Positions 48,403 to 59,698 are shown, counted from the stretch's first letter. The stretch is 64,000 nt of DNA from an uncultured cyanobacterium (GCA_963749915.1 CAVVOP010000022.1:32001-96000), one strand, 5' to 3'. The notes: generated by a model from the sequence alone, not told the origin. Made by a program: numbers and translations.

Positions 48403-48753
48403 ATGACGAGAGTAAAAAGAGGTAACGTCGCCCGAAAAAGACGCAAGAAAATTTTAAAGTTGGCTAAAGGTTTCCGTGGTTCTCATTCTAAGCTATTTCG
48501 CACAGCTAATCAACAGGTAATGAAGGCTCTTCGTAATGCTTACCGGGATCGTCGTAAGAAAAAAAGAGATTTTCGTCGCTTGTGGATTACCCGTATCAAT
48601 GCGGCCGCCAGAATACATGGTATTAGCTACAGTCAGTTAATTAATAAATTAGATAAGGCTAATATTGCCTTAAATCGCAAAGTGTTAGCACAGTTGGCCA
48701 TTCAAGACGCTGAAGCGTTTCAAAAAGTAGTTGAGCTAGCGATTAAAGCATAA
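48403..48753 (+). CDS. rplT: 50S ribosomal protein L20
   Basis: MTRVKRG...AKGFRG...[14 protein letters not shown]. Confidence 0.98.
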   Translation: MTRVKRGNVARKRRKKILKLAKGFRGSHSKLFRTANQQVMKALRNAYRDRRKKKRDFRRLWITRINAAARIHGISYSQLINKLDKANIALNRKVLAQLAIQDAEAFQKVVELAIKA

Positions 48754-48777
48754 TTGTAACTATTCTACTTAATCCCC

Positions 48778-48815
48778 CACGCTCATCAAATCAAAAGATC
48801 GGGCGTGTTTTTTTT
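48778..48815 (+). terminator. Intrinsic terminator after rpmI-rplT
   Basis: CACGCTCATC...GATCGGGCGTG stem followed by T8. Confidence 0.7.
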
Positions 48816-48915
48816 CTACATTTTCAAGGAACAAAAAACCCTAATTGCGGATTCTTATGTCAACTGATGATAATATATTGTGTGCAGTTTTTGGGTAGAA
48901 AATAAATAAATAAAA

Positions 48916-50130
48916 ATGGCAAGTGATAATTTTGCATGGTTGTATAGGGGCATTAGTGAGATTTTCCCGCATCAACCAGAATCTGATAATATTAACGATA
49001 ATTTAGAACAACTTTGTTTAAAAAGCGATCGTCCTTTAAGGGTAAAATTAGGGATTGATCCCACAGGTACGGATTTACATTTAGGGCATAGTATTCCATT
49101 TCGTAAACTAAGAGCATTTCAAGATCAAGGACACACCGCCGTTGTCATTATAGGAGATTTCACCGCCCAAATTGGCGATCCGACGGGTAAAGATAAGGTG
49201 AGAAAACAACTCACTCCCGAGGAGGTGAAACAAAATGCCGAAACTTATCTGAATCAATTACGCCCTATTTTAGATTTTGAGACCCCCCATCGCCTAGAAA
49301 TCCGGTACAATTCCGAGTGGTTATCGAGTCTCACTCTTGCCAAAATTCAGGAGTTATTAGCTACCATGACAGTACAACAAATGTTAGCGAAGGAGGGTTT
49401 TAATAACCGTTACACCCAAGAAACTCCCATTTATCTCCATGAATTGCTTTATCCTTTGATGCAAGGTTATGATTCTGTTGTTGTAAATACAGATATAGAA
49501 TTAGGGGGTACAGATCAAAAATTTAACATCGCCGTCGGTAGAGATTTACAGAAATATTTTGGACAAAAACCACAATTTGGTGTCTTATTGCCTATTTTAA
49601 TAGGTACGGACGGGGAACAAAAAATGTCTAAATCCCTTAACAATTATGTGGGTTTAAAAGAAGATGCTTTATCCATGTATTCTAAACTGGAAAAAATCCC
49701 CGATTCTCTGCTTCCTAATTACTTTGAATTATTAACAGATTTACCCTTAACCCAAATTCCCGAAAATCCGAGAGAGGCACAAAAATTATTAGGTGTGGAA
49801 GTAGTTTCTCAATATCATGGCAAAGATGCCGCTTTAACGGTGCAAAAAACAGCATTAGAAATCGTCAGCAACCAAAATTTGGCTGATGTGGAAGCTGTAC
49901 CTGAATTTTCCTTAAATAACGTGGGATTTCCCGCTAAATTATTTTATATTCTCAATGCCAGTGGTTTGGTCAATAGTAGCGGCGACGGTAGAAGGCAAAT
50001 TCAAGGGGGTAGTGTACGTTTAGACGGCGATCGCATTACTGATCCTGATTTCACAGTAGAAAACCCATGGGAATTAGCCCATAAAATTTTGCAAGTTGGC
50101 AAGAAAAAATTCGTCCGTCTAGTACTATAA
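48916..50130 (+). CDS. tyrS: Tyrosine-tRNA ligase
   Basis: [27 protein letters not shown]-terminal S4 domain. Confidence 0.97.
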   Translation: MASDNFAWLYRGISEIFPHQPESDNINDNLEQLCLKSDRPLRVKLGIDPTGTDLHLGHSIPFRKLRAFQDQGHTAVVIIGDFTAQIGDPTGKDKVRKQLTPEEVKQNAETYLNQLRPILDFETPHRLEIRYNSEWLSSLTLAKIQELLATMTVQQMLAKEGFNNRYTQETPIYLHELLYPLMQGYDSVVVNTDIELGGTDQKFNIAVGRDLQKYFGQKPQFGVLLPILIGTDGEQKMSKSLNNYVGLKEDALSMYSKLEKIPDSLLPNYFELLTDLPLTQIPENPREAQKLLGVEVVSQYHGKDAALTVQKTALEIVSNQNLADVEAVPEFSLNNVGFPAKLFYILNASGLVNSSGDGRRQIQGGSVRLDGDRITDPDFTVENPWELAHKILQVGKKKFVRLVL

Positions 50131-50222
50131 ATAATTGCTTTTTAAAGATTAATAAATGTTAAGATATATTAAGGAGTCGATCCTTTGACTTCTGCAATAA
50201 ATACTATATTTTACATTAAGGT

Positions 50223-51461
50223 ATGAATCTTCAAGTATCACCCATAATTAATGTCTCTACTAGCCAAAAATTTGATTTAGTCATTGTCGGCGGTGGTATC
50301 GTTGGCACGACTTTAGCGGTGGCTTTGAAAAATACGGGCTTAAAAATTGCCATCATCGAAGCTCAAAGTTTAACAATGGCTAAGAGTAGAAAACAAGCCT
50401 ATGCGCTTTCGATTTTAAGTAGTAAAATTCTTGATAGTCTTGGTGTTTGGGAAGATATTTTTCCTCATGTCGGCAAGTTTAAGCATATTCGCCTCAGTGA
50501 TGCTTTTTCCCCTCTAATAGTTAAATTCAAAATAGAAGACTTACAAACGGATTATCTGGGTTATGTCGGCGAACATCCTTACATTTTATCGGCGTTACAA
50601 AATGCCAGTTTACAATCTTCTCGCATCACTTGGTTAGAAAATGCCCATGTTATTAGCATTGATCAACAAGATTCTCATAACCTAGTCAAAGTCAGTTATC
50701 AAGATGAAGAAATTACCCTTGAAGCTAAGTTAATTATAGGTGCCGACGGTTCTAAATCCTTCGTTAGACAACAGGCAAATATTAATACTCACGGCTGGAA
50801 ATATTGGCAATCTTGCGTCGCTTTTACCATCAAACATTCCGCCAAGACTAATGATACTGCCTTTGAGCGTTTTTGGGAAACGGGTCCTATGGGTATTCTT
50901 CCCCTCCCTGATAATCGTTGTCAAATCGTCTGGAGTGCACCTCATAAAATCGCCCAAGAGTTAGAATCTCTCCCTGTGGCTGAATTTATCAGCCGTCTTC
51001 AACATCATACCGAAGGTTTATTAGGAACATTAGAATTGGTGAGCGATCGTAACTTATTTCCAGTACAGTTAATGCAAAGTGAGACTTATGTAAAACCGAG
51101 ACTCGCATTAATCGGTGATGCCGCACATTGTTGTCACCCTGTGGGAGGTCAAGGTTTAAACTTAGGTATCAGAGACTGTGCTGCCTTAGCGGAAGTATTA
51201 ACTCAAGCCCATCAGGAAGGGAAAGATATTGGGGATTTATCCATATTAAATCAATACAATAATTGGCGAAAACAGGAAAATTTAGTGATTTTAGGTTTTA
51301 CTGACTTCTTAGATCGATTTTTCTCTAGTAATCTCTTGCCGATTATCGCTATTCGCCGTTTAGGTTTATTAATGATGAGAAATATTCAACCCCTAAAACT
51401 CTTTGCTTTACAGTTAATGACGGGGTTAAAAGGCAGAAAACCTTTACTCCGTTGGTATTAA
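50223..51461 (+). CDS. UbiH/COQ6-family FAD-dependent hydroxylase
   Basis: GGGIVG, IGADGSKS, GDAAHCCHPVGGQGLNLGIRD. Confidence 0.88.
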   Translation: MNLQVSPIINVSTSQKFDLVIVGGGIVGTTLAVALKNTGLKIAIIEAQSLTMAKSRKQAYALSILSSKILDSLGVWEDIFPHVGKFKHIRLSDAFSPLIVKFKIEDLQTDYLGYVGEHPYILSALQNASLQSSRITWLENAHVISIDQQDSHNLVKVSYQDEEITLEAKLIIGADGSKSFVRQQANINTHGWKYWQSCVAFTIKHSAKTNDTAFERFWETGPMGILPLPDNRCQIVWSAPHKIAQELESLPVAEFISRLQHHTEGLLGTLELVSDRNLFPVQLMQSETYVKPRLALIGDAAHCCHPVGGQGLNLGIRDCAALAEVLTQAHQEGKDIGDLSILNQYNNWRKQENLVILGFTDFLDRFFSSNLLPIIAIRRLGLLMMRNIQPLKLFALQLMTGLKGRKPLLRWY

Positions 51462-51532
51462 TGCCAAACATGGTTTACGGCGAAGTAATGGTGATCAACG
51501 AAAAAAAGTTTTTATATTATCACCATTAATTT

Positions 51533-52903
51533 TTATAAAATCTCTCTTCCTAATAATAATTTTCTCACCTCTAGCATTGCGGAATAGGTGGGAATAATAT
51601 ACAAAGTTTCGTTGACTGCTGTTAATTCTAAGGCTTTATTTACAGCTTGGGAAAGGTTTTCTTCTACTATTAAATTCATGGCAGAACCAAGGGTATCAAG
51701 ACTATATTTTAATCTCAATGCCATGTCATAAACTCGATCGCCACTTACTACTATATTACCACCGGTTTCTACTAATTTTTCTGTATCTACATCCCAAATC
51801 CAAGAAACATCGGTACCATCAGGAATACGATCATTTAAAACCATTAAAATCGTACCAGACAAGTTGACTTTTTTAATATCATTTACTGCCCTAATTGTCT
51901 CATTCATACCCACAGGATTTTTAGATAGTAAAATGCGGATTTTTTTATGATTAATTGTTAATTCTTCAGCCCTACCAAAAGCGGCTTTAAAATTATTAAT
52001 AGTCTCATTAATAATCTCCCTTTTGATGCCGATAGTTTCCGCTAATAATCCTGCCGCTAGAGTATTATATTTGTTATAAACTCCGATTAAAATTTGTTGC
52101 CATTCTTGACTATTAACCGATAATTTACTTTTTCTAAAGTCACAATTTGGGCAGTTATAATCACCTAGATGAGATAAATAAACTCCTTGATAATGAAGAG
52201 AAGTCCCACATTTTGGACAATAAATAGAATCTACTGCATGGGGGATTTTTTCCAAGTATAATTCTGGCTCATTTAATCCAAAAAATAGGACTTTTTGTGA
52301 TAAATTTTGACCTAAATAACATAGGGTTGGATCATCCCCATTAATAATAATAAATGTCTCTTTATTTAAAGGAGCGATCGCATTTTGCCAACGATAACTA
52401 ATAGTATCAACTTCTCCGTAACGATCGAGTTGATCTCGGAATAAATTTAAGGCTAAAATATGGGTAGGCTCACATTGTTTTAAGGCTAAAGGTAAAACGT
52501 TTTCATCTACTTCCAAAATAGCATAGTCAGCGGTCAATTTTCCCCATAAATTGCTGTTGATTATCAAACAAGTAACTAGGCCATTAATTAAATTTGCCCC
52601 TGTGGAATTATGAATAATTTTATAACCGTCATTAACCAAAATATCTTTTAATAATAAGGAAGTAGTTGTTTTACCATTTGTGCCGACGACTAAGATTAAA
52701 CCTTGTGTTAATTGTTGAGATAAAAGATATAGTAATTGAGGATATAAACGCCCCGCAATTTCACCAGGTAAAACACTAGCCGCACCTAATTTCAGTGACC
52801 TAACTAAACCCGTAATTATTTTTGCAATAGCAACGGCTAATCCTAAACGTACTCTATCAAATATATTCATATTAATTTTATTTTTATAGAAATTAATTAT
52901 CAA
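51533..52903 (-). CDS. MurT-like Mur ligase (DUF1727)
   Basis: GTNGKTTT, GANL, LEVDE, NLFRDQLDRYGE, CxxC...CxxC insert, DVSWIWD, TYSAML. Confidence 0.88.
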   Translation of the reverse strand: MIINFYKNKINMNIFDRVRLGLAVAIAKIITGLVRSLKLGAASVLPGEIAGRLYPQLLYLLSQQLTQGLILVVGTNGKTTTSLLLKDILVNDGYKIIHNSTGANLINGLVTCLIINSNLWGKLTADYAILEVDENVLPLALKQCEPTHILALNLFRDQLDRYGEVDTISYRWQNAIAPLNKETFIIINGDDPTLCYLGQNLSQKVLFFGLNEPELYLEKIPHAVDSIYCPKCGTSLHYQGVYLSHLGDYNCPNCDFRKSKLSVNSQEWQQILIGVYNKYNTLAAGLLAETIGIKREIINETINNFKAAFGRAEELTINHKKIRILLSKNPVGMNETIRAVNDIKKVNLSGTILMVLNDRIPDGTDVSWIWDVDTEKLVETGGNIVVSGDRVYDMALRLKYSLDTLGSAMNLIVEENLSQAVNKALELTAVNETLYIIPTYSAMLEVRKLLLGREIL

Positions 52904-52921
52904 CCGTCAATTTTTTGTTGT

Positions 52922-53887
52922 TCAAGATTCAGTTTTGATTATGAATGAAGGGTCTCTTTCTATTATCCTGAGTAAGTCATAATAATCATCATTTACTTGG
53001 GGAATTTTCGTAATAACACTAGATTTATAATCACCATCGTAACGATTTTTTACTTCTTCGGAAATTCTTTTAAAAATTTTTTTATTAACGCATAAGGCAC
53101 CATCATTATTAGTATTTGGTAACATAATCATTAACTGATTTTCTTGATAATAGGCAGCTAAATCTGTAGGGCGTTTAATTTCTTCTTGAATAATATTAGC
53201 AATGGCAACAATTATATTATTACTCAAATCTTCAGGAGAATTGATCGCTATTAAAATTAAAGAAAGGGGTTTTTTTTCACGGATCAATATACGCCATTCA
53301 TAATCTAAACAATCTATAAATGAAGAATATTTTGCCAATCCAGTTACTTCATCTAATACCTGAAAATTTCCTAGTTCTTCTTGTATAATCCTCCATTGAT
53401 CATAAACTATATATCTTTCGATCGCCACTACTAATTGATTAATAATTTCCCCAATAGTGTCAATTTCTTCCGATTGCCATTCTCGTAAATAATTATAATC
53501 ATAAATAAATAAAATGCCCCATAATTTAATATTACTAACTTCGATAATTTCTGGTGTTTTCATAACAATAGGAACCGCTAATTCTGCCCGTTTTAAGGGC
53601 ATAGTGTCCTCATCAACATTTTCAGAATTATGAGTATAGTAATTGTTGGATTCGTTATTCAGATAAGATATTATTTTTTGATCAATTTGATAATTTTTAG
53701 ATTGATGTTTAGCAAATTTTTGAAAAACATTCCCTTCGTAGTCAATAATTTTTTCTTGTTCTCCTGTAGAATCAAACTTAGAAATAAAAACTTGTTCGCA
53801 GTTTAAATAATTTTTAATAATGGCTAGAATTTTTGGACAAAATAATTCATAATTGGTGGATAAAAAAAAAGGTTCAGTAACATTCAT
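52922..53887 (-). CDS. GAF plus degenerate GGDEF-domain protein
   Basis: LAVPI...LWGIL...REWQSEE (GAF); DEVTGLA...PLSLILI...RPTDLAAYYQENQL in place of RxGG(D/E)EF. Confidence 0.75.
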   Translation of the reverse strand: MNVTEPFFLSTNYELFCPKILAIIKNYLNCEQVFISKFDSTGEQEKIIDYEGNVFQKFAKHQSKNYQIDQKIISYLNNESNNYYTHNSENVDEDTMPLKRAELAVPIVMKTPEIIEVSNIKLWGILFIYDYNYLREWQSEEIDTIGEIINQLVVAIERYIVYDQWRIIQEELGNFQVLDEVTGLAKYSSFIDCLDYEWRILIREKKPLSLILIAINSPEDLSNNIIVAIANIIQEEIKRPTDLAAYYQENQLMIMLPNTNNDGALCVNKKIFKRISEEVKNRYDGDYKSSVITKIPQVNDDYYDLLRIIERDPSFIIKTES

Positions 53888-54001
53888 AATAAAATAATTT
53901 ATTCTTCATAAGATATTATTTATTCCAAGAAATAACTACATTGATAATTATGATCATGTCTTTTTATTGTTAATTGTTAATTGCCATTTGCTCATTTTTT
54001 G

Positions 54002-54454
54002 TTAGCTATTGGTAGGAATTAGATTTAAATAAGCATCAAAATCTTTAATTGCTTCTGTATATTGCTCTTTAACTAAAGAAGCATTACGATCTTTAGCGGC
54101 GGCATCAATTCTTTCAAAATGTCCAAATAATTCTCTAGCTAAATTTTGGGCAGATTTTTGATCTTTAGGTAATAATTTTCGTGAAGCAATAGCCATTTCT
54201 TGACGTAATCCGCCTAATGGGCCATGAATAAAAGTTCTTGTATTTACCCAATTTTCGGCGTCAATAAATTCTTTAAGAGTAGCCATATTTTCCCGTGCTA
54301 AAGCAATAGGTTCACGGTAGGATTGTAGTTGTGCTACTTTTTCAGGACTGTAAACAGTTGGAATTTTAGCTTGGCTAGGGCCACTACAGCTAACTAATAA
54401 AGTTGTGACGAAAACCAATACTAAGGAAAGAATCGGACGGAATAATCTCATCAT
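54002..54454 (-). CDS. psbQ: Photosystem II lipoprotein PsbQ (CyanoQ)
   Basis: Lipobox LVSC, WVNTRTFIHGPLG, LLPKDQ. Confidence 0.93.
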   Translation of the reverse strand: MMRLFRPILSLVLVFVTTLLVSCSGPSQAKIPTVYSPEKVAQLQSYREPIALARENMATLKEFIDAENWVNTRTFIHGPLGGLRQEMAIASRKLLPKDQKSAQNLARELFGHFERIDAAAKDRNASLVKEQYTEAIKDFDAYLNLIPTNS

Positions 54455-54545
54455 TCTATACTTTTATGTTATTTATTGTTGATACTCTATTGTCTATTGT
54501 CCATTATCCCTTGTCAATGAAGAAGTGAAGCAACAATGTTTTTCA

Positions 54546-56525
54546 TCACTGGTTCTCTGAAAGAAATCCATTGTTTGATAGCCAGTAAAAACGGAATGGA
54601 GATAAGAGTAATTGATCTTTAAAGAGAATAGGCTTTTCTTGTGAGTATAAATCAATAATTTCTCCATTCTCTGTAAGATTGAAAAGGGGATGATTTATCT
54701 CTCCTAAGTTTAGATATTGGTGAGTAGCGTCGAAATTCCCGATTACTAATACATTATCTTTTTTTTGGGGATCAATTCTTAAAAAACAGAAAAAATGACT
54801 ATTATTCAAATTAATTAATTCTCGATTATTAAAATCCCCAAAGGCTGGTATTTTTTTTCTAACTTTAATCATTCTCTGCAAAGAGGAAAAAATAGTATGT
54901 TGAATTGTACCTTTTTCTTGTCTTAATTTTGCTTTTTGCCAGTCAATTTTCGGACGATGTGCCCATCTGGTATCATTAGCTCTACTTAGATTTCCCATGA
55001 AAGAATAATCGTTAAGAGTGCCAATTTCATCGCCGTAGTAAATTAAGGGTATTCCTCCAAAGGAAAAGATCATACTATGGAGTAATAATATGTGCTTAAT
55101 AGTAAGGTCAATTTTCTCCTTATTTCCTTCTTCTAAGGCAGATTCTAAGCCAATTAAAGAGGTTAATGTGCCGGAGATGCGAGCATCATCATTTTTCGGA
55201 TTTTGCCCAAATAATAGTCCTCTAGCCGCAGTCTCTTGAAATTTTCCCGAGAAATAGTCAAGCAAAAATTGACGGTGGGATTTTGGTTCATAACCTGCCT
55301 GTATTATATCTTCATCAGTGAATCCTAAGCCTATATCATCATGACATCTGATATAATTTAACCATGTTGCTCTTTCTAGTTTAGCCGGTAAATTTTTAAC
55401 CCCTTGAGTGATTAATTTGGCGTTTTTTGTGGCGACGGCGTCCCAAAGTAAAGCCATAAAGGTGGCATTGTAAGCAATTTCGCATTCTTTGGCGTTAATA
55501 GCATCTTCTCCGAAGTATTTTACTATTTCTACGGGTGCAACGATGGCTTCTGCAATAAACAATGTACCCGGGGCACTTACTTGACAACAATCTTTAAATA
55601 ACTGTAGCAATATATGAGCTTCATCTTCATTTTGACTGGTACCACCGATTTTTTTCCAGAGGAAGGCAACGGCATCGAGGCGCAGAATATCAACCCCTTG
55701 ATTTGCCCAAAATAGCAGAATATCTAGCATTTCGATGAAAACAGCAGGATTTTGATAGTTTAAATCCCACTGATAGTTATTAAATACTGTCATTACCCAT
55801 TTACCCATTTTTTCATCATAGGTAAAGTTTCCAGGTGCAGTTTGAGGGAAGACTTCTGGCAGGGTTTTCTCAAACATATCCGGAATTTCTCGGTTCTCAA
55901 AGATGTAATAATAATCCTGGTAAGTGTGATCGCCATTACGTGCTTTTTCTGCCCATCGATGCTCGTCAGAAGTATGATTAACAACAATATCTAACACAAG
56001 TAAAATGTTTCTTTTTTTCATTTCTTGGGCAATATGTTGTATGTCTTTTAAATCCCCGACTCTATTATCAATTTTGCGATAGTTACTGACGGCGTAACCC
56101 CCATCACTAGCATTTTCCGGGCATTCCAAGATAGGCATAATATGCACAAGGTTAATCCCTAATTCCGTAAAATAGTCAATTCTTTTGGCTAGATCTGGTA
56201 AATCTTCAGCGAAACCATCAGCATATAATGTCATTCCTACCCATTTCTGACTTAGAAACCAGTTAAAATCTTTTTCTCTTTCTAAATCGGTATGTTTAAG
56301 TAATGGCGATCGCATTATATACTGACGGGCCATCACTTCGACTAATTTTAATAATTGGTGTTTAAAATCGTGGCGTTTACCGTAAAGTCTTTGAAAGAGA
56401 GAGAAAAGACTATAAAAATTTGCACCTAATCTACAATAAAAATGATTAAGCTCTTTTTCGGTAATTTCTGGTTTTAATTGATCGAGAATTTCGTTTAAGA
56501 TTGAATGAGATAATTGTTCATACAT
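54546..56525 (-). CDS. amsA: Amylosucrase (GH13)
   Basis: DGGYAVS, NHTSDEH, QWDLNY, RLDAVAFLWK, EAIV, RCHDDIG. Confidence 0.88.
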   Translation of the reverse strand: MYEQLSHSILNEILDQLKPEITEKELNHFYCRLGANFYSLFSLFQRLYGKRHDFKHQLLKLVEVMARQYIMRSPLLKHTDLEREKDFNWFLSQKWVGMTLYADGFAEDLPDLAKRIDYFTELGINLVHIMPILECPENASDGGYAVSNYRKIDNRVGDLKDIQHIAQEMKKRNILLVLDIVVNHTSDEHRWAEKARNGDHTYQDYYYIFENREIPDMFEKTLPEVFPQTAPGNFTYDEKMGKWVMTVFNNYQWDLNYQNPAVFIEMLDILLFWANQGVDILRLDAVAFLWKKIGGTSQNEDEAHILLQLFKDCCQVSAPGTLFIAEAIVAPVEIVKYFGEDAINAKECEIAYNATFMALLWDAVATKNAKLITQGVKNLPAKLERATWLNYIRCHDDIGLGFTDEDIIQAGYEPKSHRQFLLDYFSGKFQETAARGLLFGQNPKNDDARISGTLTSLIGLESALEEGNKEKIDLTIKHILLLHSMIFSFGGIPLIYYGDEIGTLNDYSFMGNLSRANDTRWAHRPKIDWQKAKLRQEKGTIQHTIFSSLQRMIKVRKKIPAFGDFNNRELINLNNSHFFCFLRIDPQKKDNVLVIGNFDATHQYLNLGEINHPLFNLTENGEIIDLYSQEKPILFKDQLLLSPFRFYWLSNNGFLSENQ

Positions 56526-56604
56526 AACGGTGAACAGTCAATAGTGAATAGTGAATAAAGTAGAATAAATGATTATCTAACTGCTGATGGCTGACTGATT
56601 ATAG

Positions 56605-57471
56605 CTAAACACCATAGAAAGATTTATCTGAAGTCGTAGCACCTCGAATGCCGACAATTTTACAAGCAAACTCCTGGGCACGGGTTAAAGTAGTGGGTAT
56701 ATCCCATTTTTTGAGCATTCCTAACAATAAAACACTACAAAAAGCATCCCCTGCACCGACAACATCAACTACAGATATGTTTTGAGATGGTGTTATGTTT
56801 TGCTTAATGCCATTGTTTGTAAAATAAGTCGCCCCAGCTTTCCCCTGAGTCACGATAATATTTTGTAGAGGATAATGAGAAAATAAGTAATTAACTTTAT
56901 CCTGAGTATTGTTTCCTTCCTTGACTATCAATGATAATTCTTGTTCGTTGAGCTTCAATGATGATGTATCTTGTAATAACGATTTAATGTCTGATAAACT
57001 CCACCACGGTTCTCTTAAGTTAACATCAAAAAATATAGACGGGGAAACATCCTTTTTTATTTTCTCAAAAGTTGCCCTAGCTTGAGGATTTCTTAAGGCC
57101 AATGTGCCATGATACAAAATCGCATTTGTCGGCAGGGCGGGAAGATAACCGGACTCAATAAAATCATAAGCACTATTATTGACAATATCATAATGGGGTT
57201 CGTTCTCGATAAATTTTACCTCAACTATACCCGTCGGATGATGGGCATCTTCTTGTATCCCTTCAGTGTTCATGCCCCAATTTATCATCGCTGATTTAAT
57301 CATTTCCCCATGGCTATCATTGCCGACACGAGAAATTAATAACGGCGAGACCCCAAAGGCTTGTAGATGCCATGCTACGTTAAACGGTGCACCCCCCAAT
57401 ATCATTTTACCGTCAGGAAGGCGATCGTATAGCACTTCACCAAAAATAATTATTTCTTGATTCATCATCAA
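56605..57471 (-). CDS. PfkB-family carbohydrate kinase (probable fructokinase)
   Basis: FGEVLYD, GGAPFNVA, FDVNLR, DVVGAGDAF; lies between spp and ams. Confidence 0.85.
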   Translation of the reverse strand: MMMNQEIIIFGEVLYDRLPDGKMILGGAPFNVAWHLQAFGVSPLLISRVGNDSHGEMIKSAMINWGMNTEGIQEDAHHPTGIVEVKFIENEPHYDIVNNSAYDFIESGYLPALPTNAILYHGTLALRNPQARATFEKIKKDVSPSIFFDVNLREPWWSLSDIKSLLQDTSSLKLNEQELSLIVKEGNNTQDKVNYLFSHYPLQNIIVTQGKAGATYFTNNGIKQNITPSQNISVVDVVGAGDAFCSVLLLGMLKKWDIPTTLTRAQEFACKIVGIRGATTSDKSFYGV

Positions 57472-57529
57472 TAATTTCTCTTTTTCTTTTCTTTATATTT
57501 ATAGCAATATGGACCTTAGTAAGAAACGA

Positions 57530-58381
57530 TCAAATATGACTTTCAATAAGTGTTTTCATCTTTTCAGGAAAATAATAGGCAATTCCTTCCAAAATTCCTG
57601 CACTGTAATTTCCATTCATATTTAAGTATTTTCCTTCAGCAATATATACTGTATTTGTTAGTTTATTGTTAGTTATTTCTGCTCTAATTGTTTCTTTGAC
57701 TTCATTGTGGGCATTGGCTACCAAAATTGATTTTATGGGGCTAATTAATACGTCTAAATCGTTACCACTATCTCCTGAAAAAACTGTATTTTCGATGGCA
57801 AAATTTTCTCTTTTCATGAGATGAGTAATCGCATAATATTTGTTAGCAGATTGTGGCAAAATATCTAATAGACCAATGTTTTTTTCTTCGTCAACACTCC
57901 AAATTAAATTAGATTTTACTTGGTTATTATCTAGTCTTGATTTTATTTCAATCAGCAAATTATTTATCTCAGCATCAAGGGAAATATAATAACTTAATTT
58001 ATGTAAACCCTGTTTTTTTTCTTCCTGTAGTTTACATTCCCTGATGTCTGCAAAAAAACTGATTAAATCCTTTGATGTTAGATTTTGCCAATCTACTCCT
58101 ATTTCATGATCCCAATCCTCAACTCTTAACCATTGATCCTCCTGAACTTGATATATACTGGAACCGACATCAGCTATGACAAAATTAGGTAATGGCAACT
58201 CATAACTGGCGATGGCATTTTGCACTAATTTGTGGTCTCTACCAGTGACATAGGCCAGAGTTATGCAGGGATCACTGACAAAGTGAGCAAATAAGGCCCT
58301 TGCATCGGTGGATTCTGGGGGTTTTCCATTGGGAATTAAAGTGCGATCTAAATCCGTACAAATTAATAAATTTTTGACCAT
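57530..58381 (-). CDS. spp: HAD-IIB hydrolase, sucrose-phosphate phosphatase-like
   Basis: CTDLDRTL, YVTGR, LDILP...NK, SGDSGND. Confidence 0.82.
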   Translation of the reverse strand: MVKNLLICTDLDRTLIPNGKPPESTDARALFAHFVSDPCITLAYVTGRDHKLVQNAIASYELPLPNFVIADVGSSIYQVQEDQWLRVEDWDHEIGVDWQNLTSKDLISFFADIRECKLQEEKKQGLHKLSYYISLDAEINNLLIEIKSRLDNNQVKSNLIWSVDEEKNIGLLDILPQSANKYYAITHLMKRENFAIENTVFSGDSGNDLDVLISPIKSILVANAHNEVKETIRAEITNNKLTNTVYIAEGKYLNMNGNYSAGILEGIAYYFPEKMKTLIESHI

Positions 58382-58657
58382 ATCATAGACTAAGCCTGAT
58401 TGAATTTTGTAAATGTGAAATACACTTTTCAGCTAACTCCTAACCCCTAACCAAATCGTGAAAGCCAATGAACAGTAAACACATTTAATTTGTTTTTTTT
58501 ACAGCACATTGAGCCGGTAAATAAAAATGATTATACACTCTTTTTGGTGAATTATATGTATTACTTTTTGGTAAATGGGCTATTTAATTGAACTGAAGTA
58601 GGCTAGAATTGAGAATCTGTTTTCCAATTTAGTCCCCAAAAAAGCTAAAGCTAGTTT

Positions 58658-59698
58658 ATGAAATTTATAGATCAAGTTGAGATAGAAGTAGAAGCGGGAA
58701 AAGGTGGTGATGGAATTGTCGCCTTTCGTAGAGAGAAGTATGTCCCCGCAGGTGGCCCTTCCGGTGGTAATGGTGGCAGAGGTGGGTCTATCCTTTTTAA
58801 AGCAACGACAAAATTACAAACGTTGTTGGATTTCAGATATGCACGTCGTTTTAAAGCCGATGATGGTACCAGGGGAGGACCGAATAATTGTACCGGTGCG
58901 GCAGGGAAAGATCTTATTTTAGAAATTCCTTGCGGTACGATGATCTATGATGCACAAACAGAGGAATTAATTGCGGATTTAGTTCGCCCGGATGACACAT
59001 TTTTGATCGTCAAAGGTGGTAAAGGTGGGTTGGGGAATCAGCACTTTTTGAGTAATAGTAATCGTGCACCGGAGTATGCTTTACCGGGCTTAGAAGGGGA
59101 GATTAAGCAGTTACGGTTAGAACTGAAGTTGTTAGCGGAAGTGGGCATTATTGGGCTTCCTAATGCGGGAAAATCCACCCTCATCTCATCTTTGTCTTCT
59201 GCTAAACCTAAAATTGCCGATTATCCTTTTACTACTCTTATACCTAACCTAGGTGTAGTTCGTAAGCCTACGGGCGACGGTACGGTTTTTGCTGATATTC
59301 CAGGGTTGATTGAAGGTGCGTCGGAGGGAATTGGTTTGGGTCATGATTTTTTACGGCATATTGAGCGCACTCGTTTATTAGTACATCTTGTGGATGTTAA
59401 TTCTGATGATCCTATTCGTGATTACCAAGTTATTCAAGGGGAATTGTTGGCTTATGGGAGAGGATTGTGGGATCGCCCCCAAATTATCGGTTTGAATAAG
59501 ATAGATGCTATCGATGAGAAAACTCAACAAGAGATTATGATTCAATTTCAGGCTTTAACTAAGGATCCCATTTTCTTGATTTCCGCCGTGACAGGGTCAG
59601 GTTGTGATCGCCTTTTACAAGCTGTATGGCATCAGTTAGATTTAATGAAAGAAGAATCAACCACAGAAATCGGTTTTTTGCAGAGTTTAAATACATAA
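58658..59698 (+). CDS. obgE: GTPase ObgE/CgtA
   Basis: Gly-rich N-terminus, GLPNAGKST, DYPFTT, DIPG, NKID. Confidence 0.97.
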   Translation: MKFIDQVEIEVEAGKGGDGIVAFRREKYVPAGGPSGGNGGRGGSILFKATTKLQTLLDFRYARRFKADDGTRGGPNNCTGAAGKDLILEIPCGTMIYDAQTEELIADLVRPDDTFLIVKGGKGGLGNQHFLSNSNRAPEYALPGLEGEIKQLRLELKLLAEVGIIGLPNAGKSTLISSLSSAKPKIADYPFTTLIPNLGVVRKPTGDGTVFADIPGLIEGASEGIGLGHDFLRHIERTRLLVHLVDVNSDDPIRDYQVIQGELLAYGRGLWDRPQIIGLNKIDAIDEKTQQEIMIQFQALTKDPIFLISAVTGSGCDRLLQAVWHQLDLMKEESTTEIGFLQSLNT

